This document shows positions 21,101 through 31,003 of a stretch of 64,000 nucleotides of DNA, piece after piece. Each line of letters opens with the position of its first letter. Position 1 is the stretch's first letter. A model generated the notes under the pieces. The model was not told where the DNA came from. It searched no databases and saw only the letters and a list, made by a program, of their open reading frames with translations. Position numbers and translations under genes: made by a program. Origin of the DNA: Haliotis cracherodii (lineage: Eukaryota); NCBI RefSeq assembly GCF_022045235.1, contig NW_027266269.1, positions 31,558,001-31,622,000 on the forward strand, read 5' to 3'.

Positions 21101-22574
21101 AGGGACAGGCACAAGGGACGCTATAGCTTACCACGAAACCCAGCGGCCCATCACATCAACGATGGCCCGGTGGGGATTACAGGTTAGATTAGGCCCCATA
21201 CCTACATACTGAACATGGCGTAAACGGGGAGTTCAACAAACAAACAAACAAACAAACAAACAAAAATACACAAAGGTTGGCAAATGGTAAACAAAATTGA
21301 ACAACGTATGTTGCTAGTATACTCTGAACAATACACAGATGTCCTTCATTATACCGCGTTCTTTAAGTGAGGTACGATGTCCGCTGTTTTAGCAGACAAT
21401 TGCGTTTCATGAAATATGGGTCAAATGTAAATAAAATGTAAGTACAGTATTAGTCAAATGTGAACAAAAAAGTAAGTGAAAAGTGAATCAAATGTGAGAG
21501 GAGTGATGAGAATCACTGTGATCGAAATGTGAATCAATGTAATCGAAATGCCAGTCAATGAGCCTAAAACATGCACCAAATGTGACTTAAATGTGATTTA
21601 AAGGTGACGTAATGTGAGTCAAATGTGAGTACAGTGTAGTTTAATGTGAGCCAATTGACGTTATGTGAGTCTAATGTGAGTACAGTGTAGTCTAATGTGA
21701 GTAAGGTGTGACGTTATGTGAGTCAAATGTGAGTACAGTGTTGTCTAATGTGAGTAAGGTGTGACGTTATGTGAGTCAAATGTAAGTACAGTGTAGTCTA
21801 ATGTGAACCAAGTGTGACGTTATGTGAGTCAAATGTGAGTTCAGTGGTCTAATGTGAGTCAAGTGTGACGTTATGTGAGTCAAATGTAAGTACAGTGTAG
21901 TCTCGTGTGAGTCAGGTGTGACGTTTTGTGAGTCAAATGTGAGTACAATGTAGTCTAATGTGAACCAAGTGTGACCTTATATGAGTCACGTCAGTACAGT
22001 GTAGTCTAATGTGAGTCACGTGTGACGTTATGTGAGTCAAATGTAAGTACAAGGTAGTCTAATGTGAACCAATTGGGACGTTATGTGAGTCAAATGTGAG
22101 TACAGTGTAGTCTAATGTGAGTACAGTGTAGTCTAATGTGAGTAAGGTGTGACGTTATGTGAGTCAAATGTAAGTACAGGGTAGTCTAATGTGAACCATT
22201 TGGGATGTTATGTGAGTCACATGTGAGTACAGTGTAGACTAATGTGAATAGAGTGTAGTCTAATGTAAGTAAGGTGTGACGTTATGTGAGTCAAATGTAA
22301 GTAAAGTGTAGTCTGTTATTTAAGTGTAACGTTATGTGAGTCAAATGTGAGTACAGTGTAGTCTCATGTGAGTCAGGTGCGATGCAAGTGTGTCAATAGT
22401 AAGTGATGTGTGAGACAATGTGACTCAATATTGAGACCCGACATTATTTCTAATTTCAGGGTGACAGGCTGTGGCTCCAACTGCGGTACCGAGTTCTACA
22501 AAGTCGCCAACAACAGCATCGTCCTCGTGGACTGTGCCCCCCAGAAGGGACAATGGTCAAGAAACGCACAATAG
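6042..22574 (+). CDS. Gene 1: multi-exon, probably secreted cysteine-rich repeat protein (five 8-Cys modules plus P/T/Q/S-rich linker); 5' end uncertain
   Basis: Exons 6042-6077, 7900-7990, 8844-8917, 9381-9395, 11307-11336, 11783-11824, 12510-12545, 13078-13165, 13690-13838, 14357-14911, 16483-16573, 17695-17762, 19403-19490, 20124-20206, 20932-21007, 22460-22574 all have AG/GT boundaries, phases match at every junction, and there is no internal stop (1637 nt, TAG at 22572-22574). An in-frame ATG at 5990 (METRLFYNYCYIFFSFAGITQTTTA) could be the start, or 6042 is an acceptor for an unidentified upstream exon. The gap at 12578-12817 could hide another micro-exon. Confidence 0.85.
6145..6269 (-). 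mobile_element. Penelope-like terminal fragment: 36-bp inverted repeats enclosing a minimal hammerhead-like motif and AATAAA
   Basis: 6145-6180 and 6234-6269 are inverted repeats; the minus strand of 6197-6231 reads TTGACAAA-GGTGT-loop-ACACC-GAAACGTC; a related decayed copy lies near 34735-34800. Confidence 0.55.
6505..7865. repeat. 21-bp minisatellite (CTATAGTCACAATGTCTTCAC) becoming a 39-bp (21+18) higher-order repeat after about 7370
   Basis: Direct periodicity; ends about 35 nt before the exon at 7900. Confidence 0.95.
7900..7990 (+). CDS. Gene 1 exon, Cys module 1 N-half DRCTFVDIITCWFNPCRSSVCPLYPQATC
   Basis: tgtttcAG acceptor, AG|GTAGAG donor, phase 1-2, Cys spacing matches the other modules. 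Confidence 0.88.
8071..8225 (+). mobile_element. SINE family A
   Basis: A box TAGCCTAGTGG, B box GGTTCGATTCC, diverged body. Confidence 0.85.
8268..8520 (+). mobile_element. SINE-like family B (no tRNA head; structured 5' end; (AAAC)n tail)
   Basis: CCCGTGAAGATCCGGGGTAGAATAGGTCTTCAGCAACCC...GTCGTAAGAGGCGACTAACGGG head and GCTGGAATATTGCTGAGTGCGGCGTTAAAC tail. Confidence 0.88.
8844..8917 (+). CDS. Gene 1 exon, Cys module 1 C-half LVYMRCGCRPVWHTSFGQVNCNGP
   Basis: ctattttcAG acceptor, C|GTAAGG donor, phase 2-1. Confidence 0.85.
9381..9395 (+). CDS. Gene 1 15-nt micro-exon (L)HFGF
   Basis: Strong pyrimidine tract ttgtttctccttcAG, G|GTAAGC donor, phase 1-1. Confidence 0.65.
9483..10168. repeat. 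42-bp minisatellite (about 9490-10020) inside a decayed MITE
   Basis: Unit CCTCGTTAGTCCAGACACCGTCAATCTGGAAACCCTTCTTCCGGA; degenerate TIRs at 9483 and 10145-10168. Confidence 0.8.
11307..11336 (+). CDS. Gene 1 30-nt micro-exon EIPVTSAILP
   Basis: ttgttctttcAG acceptor, G|GTTAGT donor, phase 1-1. Confidence 0.7.
11783..11824 (+). CDS. Gene 1 42-nt exon VQAVGRPATPVLQT
   Basis: tattttcAG acceptor, AG|GTAAGT donor, phase 1-1. Confidence 0.75.
12510..12545 (+). CDS. Gene 1 36-nt exon AIVPDQRQQLQN
   Basis: tttcttttttAG acceptor, G|GTAAGG donor, phase 1-1. Confidence 0.72.
12578..12817. other. Assembly gap
   Basis: Run of N. Confidence 1.
13078..13165 (+). CDS. Gene 1 exon, Cys module 2 N-half ECPPEVMRVQCRDDPCMRSTCRGMPDAVCR
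   Basis: ccattccAG acceptor, AG|GTATGT donor, phase 1-2. Confidence 0.9.
13425..13592 (+). mobile_element. SINE family A, full length
   Basis: GGGGCGGTCGGGTAGCCTAGTGGTTAAAGCGTTCGCTCGTCACGCCGAAGACCCGGGTTC head (tRNA-Asp/Val-like), tail GCGGCGTAAAAC..(ACTC)n, flanked by ctctca(t/c)atcaag TSD. Confidence 0.92.
13690..13838 (+). CDS. Gene 1 exon, Cys module 2 C-half PNYCGGCMAEYFRDGMRVQC plus linker
   Basis: ctctacAG acceptor, C|GTGAGT donor, phase 2-1. Confidence 0.92.
14025..14229 (+). mobile_element. SINE-like family B, 5'-truncated
   Basis: Matches body and tail of the family B consensus. Confidence 0.85.
14357..14911 (+). CDS. Gene 1 large exon, 185-aa P/T/Q/S/N-rich disordered linker
   Basis: ggtttcAG acceptor; open frame matches ORF 14392..14973; AG|GTACCA donor (weak) keeps phase 1. 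Confidence 0.85.
15772..16049 (+). mobile_element. SINE family C (tRNA-Leu/Ser-like head, V-domain-like core, (ACTC)n tail)
   Basis: GGTGGCCCAGTCGTCTAAGGCGCC...GGGTTCGAATCCC head, GGGTTTC...TTCCTCCCAC core; 15-bp TSD ctcgtggacttcacg (15758-15772, 16047-16061). Confidence 0.9.
16221..16400 (+). mobile_element. SINE family A, full length
   Basis: Near-consensus copy, TSD tctgattcactaaca. Confidence 0.92.
16483..16573 (+). CDS. Gene 1 exon, Cys module 3 N-half APACPVGTAPSMCSSHPCANQTCSIPGAVCR
   Basis: ttgtttcAG acceptor, AG|GTATGT donor, phase 1-2. Confidence 0.9.
16618..16889 (+). mobile_element. SINE-like family B, full length
   Basis: Near-consensus copy. Confidence 0.9.
16891..17300. mobile_element. 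AT-rich MITE-like element
   Basis: Terminal inverted repeats GGTGAATTCTGCGATT / AATCGCAGAATTTACC. Confidence 0.6.
17695..17762 (+). CDS. Gene 1 exon, Cys module 3 C-half PNPCGACFARWYHDGQEVDCTG
   Basis: ctttctttgtacAG acceptor, AG|GTATGT donor, phase 2-1. Confidence 0.92.
17914..18188 (+). mobile_element. SINE-like family B, full length
   Basis: Consensus match with (AAAC)n tail. Confidence 0.9.
19403..19490 (+). CDS. Gene 1 exon, Cys module 4 N-half ECPASQITVACTRNPCAEYSCPAHPDAVCR
   Basis: ctttccacAG acceptor, AG|GTAGAT donor, phase 1-2. Confidence 0.9.
19458..19894 (+). repeat. 55-60-bp minisatellite made of an exon 3' end plus splice donor
   Basis: About 7.5 units of CCTGCCCCGCCCACCCAGACGCTGTGTGCAG|GTAGATATAGCCTCACTACCCTCAATATT. 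Confidence 0.95.
20124..20206 (+). CDS. Gene 1 exon, Cys module 4 C-half FSKCGSCKAQWFIGDREVACDIPWSTS
   Basis: ttattacAG acceptor, C|GTGAGT donor, phase 2-1. Confidence 0.9.
20362..20608 (-). mobile_element. SINE-like family B
   Basis: Reverse complement copy with TSD tctggcag(g/a)gtgtt. Confidence 0.9.
20932..21007 (+). CDS. Gene 1 exon, Cys module 5 N-half (divergent) PCPANEQPTCRCFYNRCESDRHALCR
   Basis: ttggcAG acceptor, AG|GTCAGT donor, phase 1-2. Confidence 0.8.
21480..22430. repeat. About 53-bp satellite built from 10-11-bp ATGTGAGTCAA subunits
   Basis: Periodicity of GTGTGACGTTATGTGAGTCAAATG; ends about 30 nt before the exon at 22460. Confidence 0.92.
22460..22574 (+). CDS. Gene 1 terminal coding exon VTGCGSNCGTEFYKVANNSIVLVDCAPQKGQWSRNAQ*
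   Basis: taatttcAG acceptor, phase 2, completes module 5, TAG 22572-22574. Confidence 0.87.
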
Positions 22575-22845
22575 AAAATGAAGTATTATATACCATCCAC
22601 AGATGTGGCCCAAACAGATCTTGACGCTCAAAGTGCATTGTCTCCATTCGCGTTCCTGGCTACAACAGACGTTGTGACACCATTCTACTCTTGTTGACAA
22701 AATGGTCCTCATCTTATTCTGCTTTATAACATTAAACGCAGTTACACAAAAACACGTTTTACATTTCGTTGTGTTCAGTGAAAAGAAATCCAAACATTCG
22801 GCACAAACCTGCAACTCCTCTGTACGACTGTTGTTTGTATTAGTG

Positions 22846-23011
22846 ATGTTTCTAGGTTTGTCAGCACCATACCCGTGCTCGTGGGTTTCACCGAAGTGGT
22901 AAACTTCTGAGACCTGCATCACTTCGGGCTTTCCTCCCACACTAAGCTGACACGCTGTGATGTAACTGGAATACTGTTAAAAACGGCGTTAAACCCAACT
23001 CACTCACTCAC
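22846..23011 (+). mobile_element. SINE family C, 5'-truncated, in the gene 1 3' UTR
   Basis: Body and tail match 15890-16049; TSD gtattagtgatgt. Confidence 0.88.
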
Positions 23012-23104
23012 TAGTATTAGTGATGTATTTGTTCAACGCTTTGTTTAAAGACACGAAGATGATATTTTTCTTATTTAATCTGTGTTCTCTGTGCTTAGTA
23101 TGTG

Positions 23105-23110
23105 AATAAA
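23105..23110 (+). terminator. Probable polyadenylation signal of gene 1
   Basis: AATAAA about 530 nt after the stop, followed by a GT/T-rich tract (ttgtttccttttgtttc). Confidence 0.55.
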
Positions 23111-23304
23111 ATTTCAAATTAACTCTGAATAGTGCCTTGTTTCCTTTTGTTTCATACACTTATGAACGTCAATTTCGCGGTCACGTGACCGACCTCTCGT
23201 CCAATGGAAAAGCCGTATATCGTGTAAACTTCAAATTAAAAAATTATCAAATGTTATATTTGGGATAACACTTTCATAGTAAAGTACAGATTCTCGGAAT
23301 TCAC

Positions 23305-23830
23305 GTGATGTCCAATGCTACAACACGGATCCACTTGATGTCCAATGCTACAACATGGATCCACTTGATGCCCAATGCTACAACATGGATCCACTTGATG
23401 ACAAATGTTACAACAAGGATCCACGCTATGTCCAATGCTACAACAAGGATCCATGCGATGTCCAATGCGACAACAAGGATCCACTTGATACTTGATGACC
23501 AATGTTACAACAAGGATCCACTTGATGTCCAATGCTACAACATGGATCCACTTGATGCCCAATGCTACAACAAGGATCCACTTGATGTCCAATGTTACAA
23601 CATGGATCCATTTGATGTCCAATGCTACAACATGGATCCATTATATGTCCAATGCTACAATTTAACAAGGATCCACTTGATGTCCAGTGTTACAACATGG
23701 ATCCACTTGATGTCCAATGCTACAATTCAACAAGGATCCACTTGATGTCCAATGCTACAACAAGGATCCACTTGATGGCCAAAGCTACAACAAGCATCCA
23801 CTTGATGTCCAATGTTACAACAGAGATCCA
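23305..23830. repeat. 30-bp minisatellite GGATCCACTTGATGTCCAATGCTACAACA(A/T)
   Basis: About 17 units, just downstream of the gene 1 polyA region. Confidence 0.95.
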
Positions 23831-24175
23831 TGTCAACGGGAGGGACGGGGTTGTGACGTGGGTGTTTTACAGGGTGCGCGGTCGGCTAAGCGCGCCGCGA
23901 TTCCCTATGTAGAGTTGCGTCCCTTTGGCACACTAGAATCCTATGTTCCTGGATTCGAATCCCGGTTCCCTGATTATGTTTCTAGGATTGTCAACACTAT
24001 ACTTGTGATTCGTGGCTTCAACCAAAGTGGTAACGGTCCGAGAACTTTTCTCTTCTGGCTATATTTCAGACATATTTATCTGACTCGCTGTGTTTTTTCC
24101 AAGTCGAAAACGTAAGGCAATGACACTATAACGTAATGTGACATCACATCACATCACATCTTTGCATCGCGGTAA

Positions 24176-24305
24176 CTCGTCACGCCGAAGACCATGCTTC
24201 GATTCCCGACATGGGTACAATGTGTGAAGCCCATTTCTGGTGTCCCCGCCGTGATATTGCTGGAATATTGCTAAAAGCGGCGTAAAACCATACTCCCTCA
24301 CTCAC
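24176..24305 (+). mobile_element. SINE family A, 5'-truncated
   Basis: Lacks A box; flanked by ctttgca(t/a)cgcg TSD. Confidence 0.88.
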
Positions 24306-24969
24306 TTTGCAACGCGTCATGATTTCATCGCGTCATCGCAATCGGTTCGTATTTCTCGCCTCCTCCGTAATAGAACGGGAAGGTGGGAAGGTGCGAAATT
24401 TCAGAAATGGGCCACCCTACATGACAGTTGTTATCCGTCCATACATAAAAATAAACACGCCAGGATTACGTTTAATTCTCCCATTCTTGTTCACCGTTGT
24501 TTATCATCTCTTAGTTAATTTGACAAATCCCACGCGACAGGCAGTATTCCTTTTCACGAGCCCAGCGTATACATTCCTCCATAACAAATGTCGTTACATA
24601 TGGAACAGGTAGGTCGGGGTACTCAGCTGACTGGTTCTCCGCCTAAAACACGCAGTTCCGTTGACTGGAACGACCTCTTCGCCGTCACGCCGGCGTGCCT
24701 TACTCCATCATCAGTCATCCTCACACTCCCGCGAGGATGTTTATTGCAATATCGTGACTGTACAATGCCACTATGAAGTAGTACTGCATTAGTGTAACGT
24801 ATTAACCCGCGCATCCCTTAATTCAATATTTCATAACAACCCGTTTGGATAAATGAACGAGGTGAAGATTTAGATTTGGTGCTTCTTATCAAGTAATGAG
24901 TGAGTGAGTGAGTTAATATTTAAAGTCACATCTGCAATATTTCAGCCATATCGTGAATGTATCAATTAA

Positions 24970-25026
<57 letters not shown>

Positions 25027-25450
25027 CTGATTGGCCAGTCATATCGCCTTATAAAACGTTATTGTATCGTTTCATCGATCGGCCTTCCGCGTAATCGTGT
25101 GTGTTTCTCCTTCTCCGATATAAGGGCATCCGGGCGGGCTTGAAAAATATAATTTAAAAGCCTGTCTTTGTCTGCGAAGACAACTGATACGTTAAGAAAA
25201 GACAATGGAATTGTCAAGAAAGTGGTCAAATGTAACATATGTTATGTTTGGGATTACACTTTCTCGGTAAAATACAAATTCTATTACTGTTTTGGATGGA
25301 GTCACATCTGGGATTCGACCTTACACTCTCAGATTAAGGCACCTAATCACCAGCACACCGTTATGGCACGTTACATTGACTTCTTTCTAAAGGATACTGA
25401 CTTTTTACAGCTTTCGGCCATGGGAGCCATGTCCCGTTATGTTTATGAGT

Positions 25451-26057
25451 GGCGTACATATAGAATTAAATAAAGACTACCAGTTGTCGCACTTTCAATT
25501 TTGTGGAAGCCTGATTGCACGAGTGGGGTAGGGCGGCGTACATATAGAATTAAAGATAGACTACCAGTTGTCGCACTTTCAATTTTGGGGAAGCCTGATT
25601 GCACGAGTGGGGTAGGCGGCGTACATATAGAATTAAATATAGACTACCAGTTGTCGCACTTTCAATTTTGGGGAAGCCTGATTGCACGAGTGGGGTAGGG
25701 CGGCGTACATATAGAATTAAATATAGACTACCAGTTGTCGCACTTTCAATTTTGGGGAAGCCTGATTGCACGAGTGGGGTAGGGCGGCGTACATATAGAA
25801 TTAAATATAGACTACCAGTTGTCGCACTTTCAATTTTGGGGAAGCCTGATTGCACGAGTGGGGTAGGGCGGCGTACATATAGAATTAAATATAGACTACC
25901 AGTTGTCGCACTTTCAATTTTGGGGAAGCCTGATTGCACGAGTGGGGTAGGGCGGCGTACATATAGAATTAAATATAGACTACCAGTTGTCGCACTTTCA
26001 ATTTTGGGGAAGCCTGATTGCACGAGTGGGGTAGGGCGGCGTACATATAGAATTAAC
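25451..26057. repeat. 84-bp near-perfect tandem repeat (about 7 copies)
   Basis: GGCGTACATATAGAATTAAATATAGACTACCAGTTGTCGCAC... units almost identical. Confidence 0.95.
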
Positions 26058-26173
26058 TACTACTACTAGTACTACTACTACTATCACTACTACTACCACT
26101 ACTACTAATGATAAATGATAATGCCACTACTACTACCACCATCTCTACGACCACCACCACTACTACTATAACT

Positions 26174-26471
26174 GGGGCTGTTGGGTAGTCTAGGGGTTAA
26201 AGCGTTCGCTAGATAAACAGAAGACCCGGGTTCGATTCCGGACATGGGTGAAACCCATGTCTGGTGTCCCCCGCCGTGATATTGCTGGAATATTGCTAAA
26301 AGCGGCGTAAAACCATACTCACTCACTCTTTGCATCGCGTTCACTCGTCACGCCGAAGACCCTGGTTCGATTCCCGACATGGGTACAATGTGTGAAGCCC
26401 ATTTCTGGTGTCCCCGGCCGTGATATTGCTGGAATATTGCTAAAAGTGGCGTAAAACTATACTCACTCACT
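26174..26471 (+). mobile_element. Two tandem SINE family A copies in a (CTA/CCA)n tract
   Basis: Copy 26174-26327 plus 5'-truncated copy 26344-26471. Confidence 0.88.
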
Positions 26472-28511
26472 ACCACTTACACCACTATAACGTCAACTAC
26501 TACTGACGTCTTATAGCTTGAATATTGCTGAGTGCTGCGTAAAACAAGATACAACATCTACTGCCAATACCACAACTATAATGTTGAGGTGAATGTCCGA
26601 GTAGCTCTCTATTCCTTAAAAATAATGAAGCAGAGGCCCCGCAGGGGTCGTTCAAGTCAACGTAAAGTTCTGCGTTTTGTAAACGTAGAACCAGTCAGCT
26701 TAGTATCCCGACCTACCTGTTCTATATTTAACAACATTTGTTATGGAGGAATGTATACGAGGACATTCCCCTACTTAAAATTCATCCCTACTTTCGCACT
26801 TTGACAAAATATTCTGTTGTGGAAAATATTTGAAAAATATACCAGAACTCTTTGTGGTCTCTATTTATACTGTGTGAGTCGCCCTTGCGAGGAACGCGTT
26901 CTCTGCTGCTGTTACACGTGCACCAAGCTCCGTCGCGAGCTGACATTTACAATGCATGCTACGCGGCTCTTCATAATTTCGTTGGGTCCTAAACCAGTTT
27001 TTATCAATCGCTTACACATTGTCAATACATGCTGACGGGAAAAATAGGAAATATAGAGCCCCGAACAAGGATATATATAGTATCTGATTTGTTTTTTCTC
27101 TTTTATCTAATTGCTATAAATATGAACATTGTTGAAGATAACCTATTCCAACACAAAATATGTACATATTATTTGGAGCTTTTAAGCATTATGCAAAATT
27201 ATGAAAATATTTAATAATTAATTTAACACCATACCTTCATGTGCCGCCATAGCTGAGGTTGACAATTACAAGTCCTCAAATTAAACGATGTGGCGACACA
27301 TGTTTCCGGATAAAAATTGACTTGTCAATCAATGTAAAAAATAGTTCCGTCTATTCCAAGTGGAAATTAATTCAAATGTTGATTCACGATAATGTATAGT
27401 TGACAAACAACTCTCCATTCGTGAAAAAATAATGGAGCGTTCAAACATTAGAATGCCGTCATAGATGTGTTTTAATACCACTACCGCTGCTACAGCTACT
27501 ACCACTACCACTACAATTACTACTAAAACTACTACTAAAGCTACTACTATTATTATACTAGCTGAGAATACCCTTCTATTAAAAGTCTAAGGACACTCAT
27601 TGTCTTCTACCACCCTACAATTAACACCATTTCTAAAACTAGTCTGGTTTCCAGGATAGATGGAAGGAAATCACACGTGTTCCTGGTCATCAGACAAGTC
27701 ATTGTTACAGCGTTTTTTAGTTTCACCCGTGTCACCAAAGTCCCAATATTCCATGGCAAGGCAATGCCTTCTTCAACGGGATGTCTTTTTAGTTAGCGCG
27801 TGAGAATAATTTGACGCCGCTTTGAGCAATATACCAACAATATCATGGCGGGGAAAACCAGGAATGGGTTTCCCACATTGTACCCATGTCGGGAATCCAG
27901 TGTTCGAATCCAGTTCCAATTGTCTGTACTTTGATAGTTCTCTAGTCGCTCTATGGCTGCAATAATGCCGATGCGACGTTAAATTTTAACTCACTCACTC
28001 ACTGATAGTTCTCGGGCGTAGCACGCGATCACATCACCAATGATATGTGTAAAATTATCCTTGTTGTGGACACAGTGGTAATATCCAGACATGCTGTATT
28101 CTTTGTGAAATCTGCAAAAATGCTGATTTGATATCAATAAAACATAGTTACTTTTAATTGTTACCTCCGCCGATTCAGCGGTCTCACTCCGACGAGGGTA
28201 GTCTTTTGCTCCCTTGTAAGCAGTACCTAATTTAATATCTAATAATAAGCAGATAAAACATACTTTTCTGAACATATTTTAAGTGATGTTGATGCGAGGA
28301 TCTGTTTATGAAAGATTAATATATAACTATTTTTATATCTGTTGAACGCTAACAGCAGTGACAAATACAATTGGTATTTGAAAATAATGAACTTTGCACT
28401 CGAAGTAAAACTTTATTACACATATCTTCACTTTATTTTGTCAGACATGCTCACATGTGGTACTGGCGTATGTCAAACTGTCATATATGTAATACTGTTT
28501 CAAAACATCCA

Positions 28512-28685
28512 GGGGGCACGGTTGACCCGGTCGCCTGAGGCTCCGCGAATCGCTGTGCAGAGTTGCGTCCCTTGGGCACGCCAGAAACCTATGATTGTGG
28601 GTTCGAATCCCGGTTCGCCCCGATTATGTTTCTAGGTTTTTCAGCTGATATAGCTGGTAAACTGTTAAACCCAACTCACTCACAC
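28512..28685 (+). mobile_element. SINE family C with internal deletion
   Basis: Head matches 15772 and is joined directly to the tail. Confidence 0.8.
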
Positions 28686-28966
28686 TTACACAAAATGTCC
28701 AACATTTTGTACCCTCAAGACTTTTACAACCCACCACCATCTACGCGACTTGGTCTGGCGTGCTCCAAAATGTCTCCGCCTGTGATTGGCATTCCGTCAA
28801 AGCTGTTGTGGGGTGATGTGTGAGTTCTGGTTGTGTTGCTTGCGGTCTCGAAGTATGAATAGTGGAGACAACATGTCGTTGATAAAGTCGTGTAAGGTAT
28901 ACAGTTGATAGGTGTTAACACTAAGAGGTGATATATAAAGACAGCCCCCGGGTATAGTTTGAGATT

Positions 28967-29345
28967 CCCTCTGTTCGGGAGCTGGACAATGTTACTGTGT
29001 TGCCCCAGATTGCCCTTGGGCAGTGCTGTTGTATAGGCGGTTGTCTTTTTATCAATATGTCGTAATGACCTAGGACTCGACCACGTAACATGCCCTCTTT
29101 TCGGGAGCTGGACAATGTTCCTGTGTTGCCCCAGATTGCCCTTGGGCAGTGCTGTTGTATAGGCGGTTGTCTTTTTATCAAGATGTCGTAATGAATTAGG
29201 ACTCGACCACGTAACATACCCTCTGTTCGGGAGCTGGACAATGTTCCTGTGTTGCCCCAGATTGCCCTTGGGCAGTGCTGTTGTATAGGCGGTTGTCTTT
29301 TTATCAAGATGTCGTTATGAATTAGGACTCGACCACGTAACATTC
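28967..29345. repeat. 126-bp tandem triplication
   Basis: Units start at 28967, 29093 and 29219. Confidence 0.95.
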
Positions 29346-29478
29346 CAGTGAAGACCAGTGGCACCGGGTGGTTGGGGGCAGTTGGAGAGTAGGTGTGTCG
29401 GGGTTGGGGTAGGCGGTTTATGCGAAGTTCGTTTGAGACACCAAAAGCTGACAATGTTTTGTCCATCAAATACCCACA

Positions 29479-29768
29479 TGAGTGAGTGAGTGAGTGAGTT
29501 GTGTTTAACGCCGCTTTTAACAGTATTCCAGTTATATCGTGGCATGTCAGCTTAATGTCGGAGGAAAGCCCGAAGTGATGCAGGTCTCAGACGTTTACCA
29601 CTTCGGTTAAATCCACGAGCACGGGTATGGTGCCGACAAACCTAGAAACATCACTAACATAATCGGAGCGAACCGGAACCCACAATCATAGGTTTCTGGC
29701 GTGCCGAAGGGACGCAACTCGGCACAGCGAATTGCGGCGCCTTAGACGACTGGGCCACCCTTGCCCCC
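29479..29768 (-). mobile_element. SINE family C, full length
   Basis: Reverse complement of the 15772 copy. Confidence 0.9.
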
Positions 29769-30466
29769 TGAACATTCAGCATGTCCAGTGTACGAAGATA
29801 TTTGTTAGACCTCAGGAAAAATTATTTTCTTTCAACACTTTCGCTGGCTTCTTTCGGGATATCGAATGACCCTTATTACAAAAAAATGTGTTTCTTTGTT
29901 TGTTTGCTTGTTTGCTTGCTTGTTTGCTTTTTAAAACTGCACACAGCGATAGTGTGAACAACGTCGTCAGGGTAGGAAGACACGCCATCAACAAAATCAC
30001 CGCCCTTGACCCCCCGATCCATTTAGTCACTTTGCACCACAAGGAAAAGTTACTGTGGACCTATTCTAACCTGGAATCCTCACTTGTGGTGGCACATGAA
30101 TTTCACAGGTCACACGTCGGGTGGAATTAGGAAAAGTCGGTCCTGGAGAGTAGATCGATGGGTGACCGCGTTCGGCAGATGGACTCCGGGGAGTTTCCCC
30201 ATCCTGAAGCAAATGTAACCTATGTGGTATCTACGTGGGCAGGTGACTTTGTTCGTAATCTGCCTCCGTTTCCACTACAGTGAATTGGCACCTGTTGGTA
30301 TGAGGTGGTACTTGTTGTTACCCTGTCTGGCGTTCGTCATTCAGGGGCTAAAACAAAGACTGGTCTTAGACGCGATGTTGAAGGCCATTTCACCTCACCT
30401 CACATCAATATGTTTCAAAAGTGGCACCCATCCGTTTAAATATTTTCACGTTACTATTGGTATAGA

Positions 30467-30538
30467 GTGAGTGAGTGAGTATGGTTTTACGCCGCTTTTA
30501 GCAATATTCCAGCAATATCACGGCGGGAGACACCAGGA
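30467..30538 (-). mobile_element. SINE family A 3' fragment
   Basis: Flanked by a 15-bp TSD actattggtatagag (30453-30467, 30539-30553). Confidence 0.88.
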
Positions 30539-30846
30539 ACTATTGGTATAGAGAATTTAATATCTCTCAATCCTATCTGATAGAAAGTTCATGATTTACA
30601 GAAGATGTTTGAAAATTGAAAAAATAATGAAGAGAGAAAGTTAACTAGTGATATTTCACAAAGAACATCTCTAGTTTGCAGTTACCGTACGAATTCCATT
30701 TCCCATGTATTTGTCCATATTATGAAGTTCTTAGCTTAAGGAAATATACAAGCTTAATGCCCTGAACGTCTATTAACAGATTGATCACATTACATATTAT
30801 GTGAAACAAGAAAATTGGTTGTAATCAACTGACATAGCTCTGTGTG

Positions 30847-31003
30847 NNNNNNNNNNNNNNNNNNNNNNNNNNNNNNNNNNNNNNNNNNNNNNNNNNNNNN
30901 NNNNNNNNNNNNNNNNNNNNNNNNNNNNNNNNNNNNNNNNNNNNNNNNNNNNNNNNNNNNNNNNNNNNNNNNNNNNNNNNNNNNNNNNNNNNNNNNNNNN
31001 NNN
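30847..31003. other. Assembly gap
   Basis: Run of N. Confidence 1.

Noticed and set aside
23305-23830. CRISPR-like 30-bp repeats
   Set aside because: Head-to-tail units without unique spacers, eukaryotic context, no cas genes.
30300-30402. Signal-peptide-like MRWYLLLPCLAFVIQG
   Set aside because: It is the core of SINE family D (gatggtacttgttgttaccctg), present in many copies.
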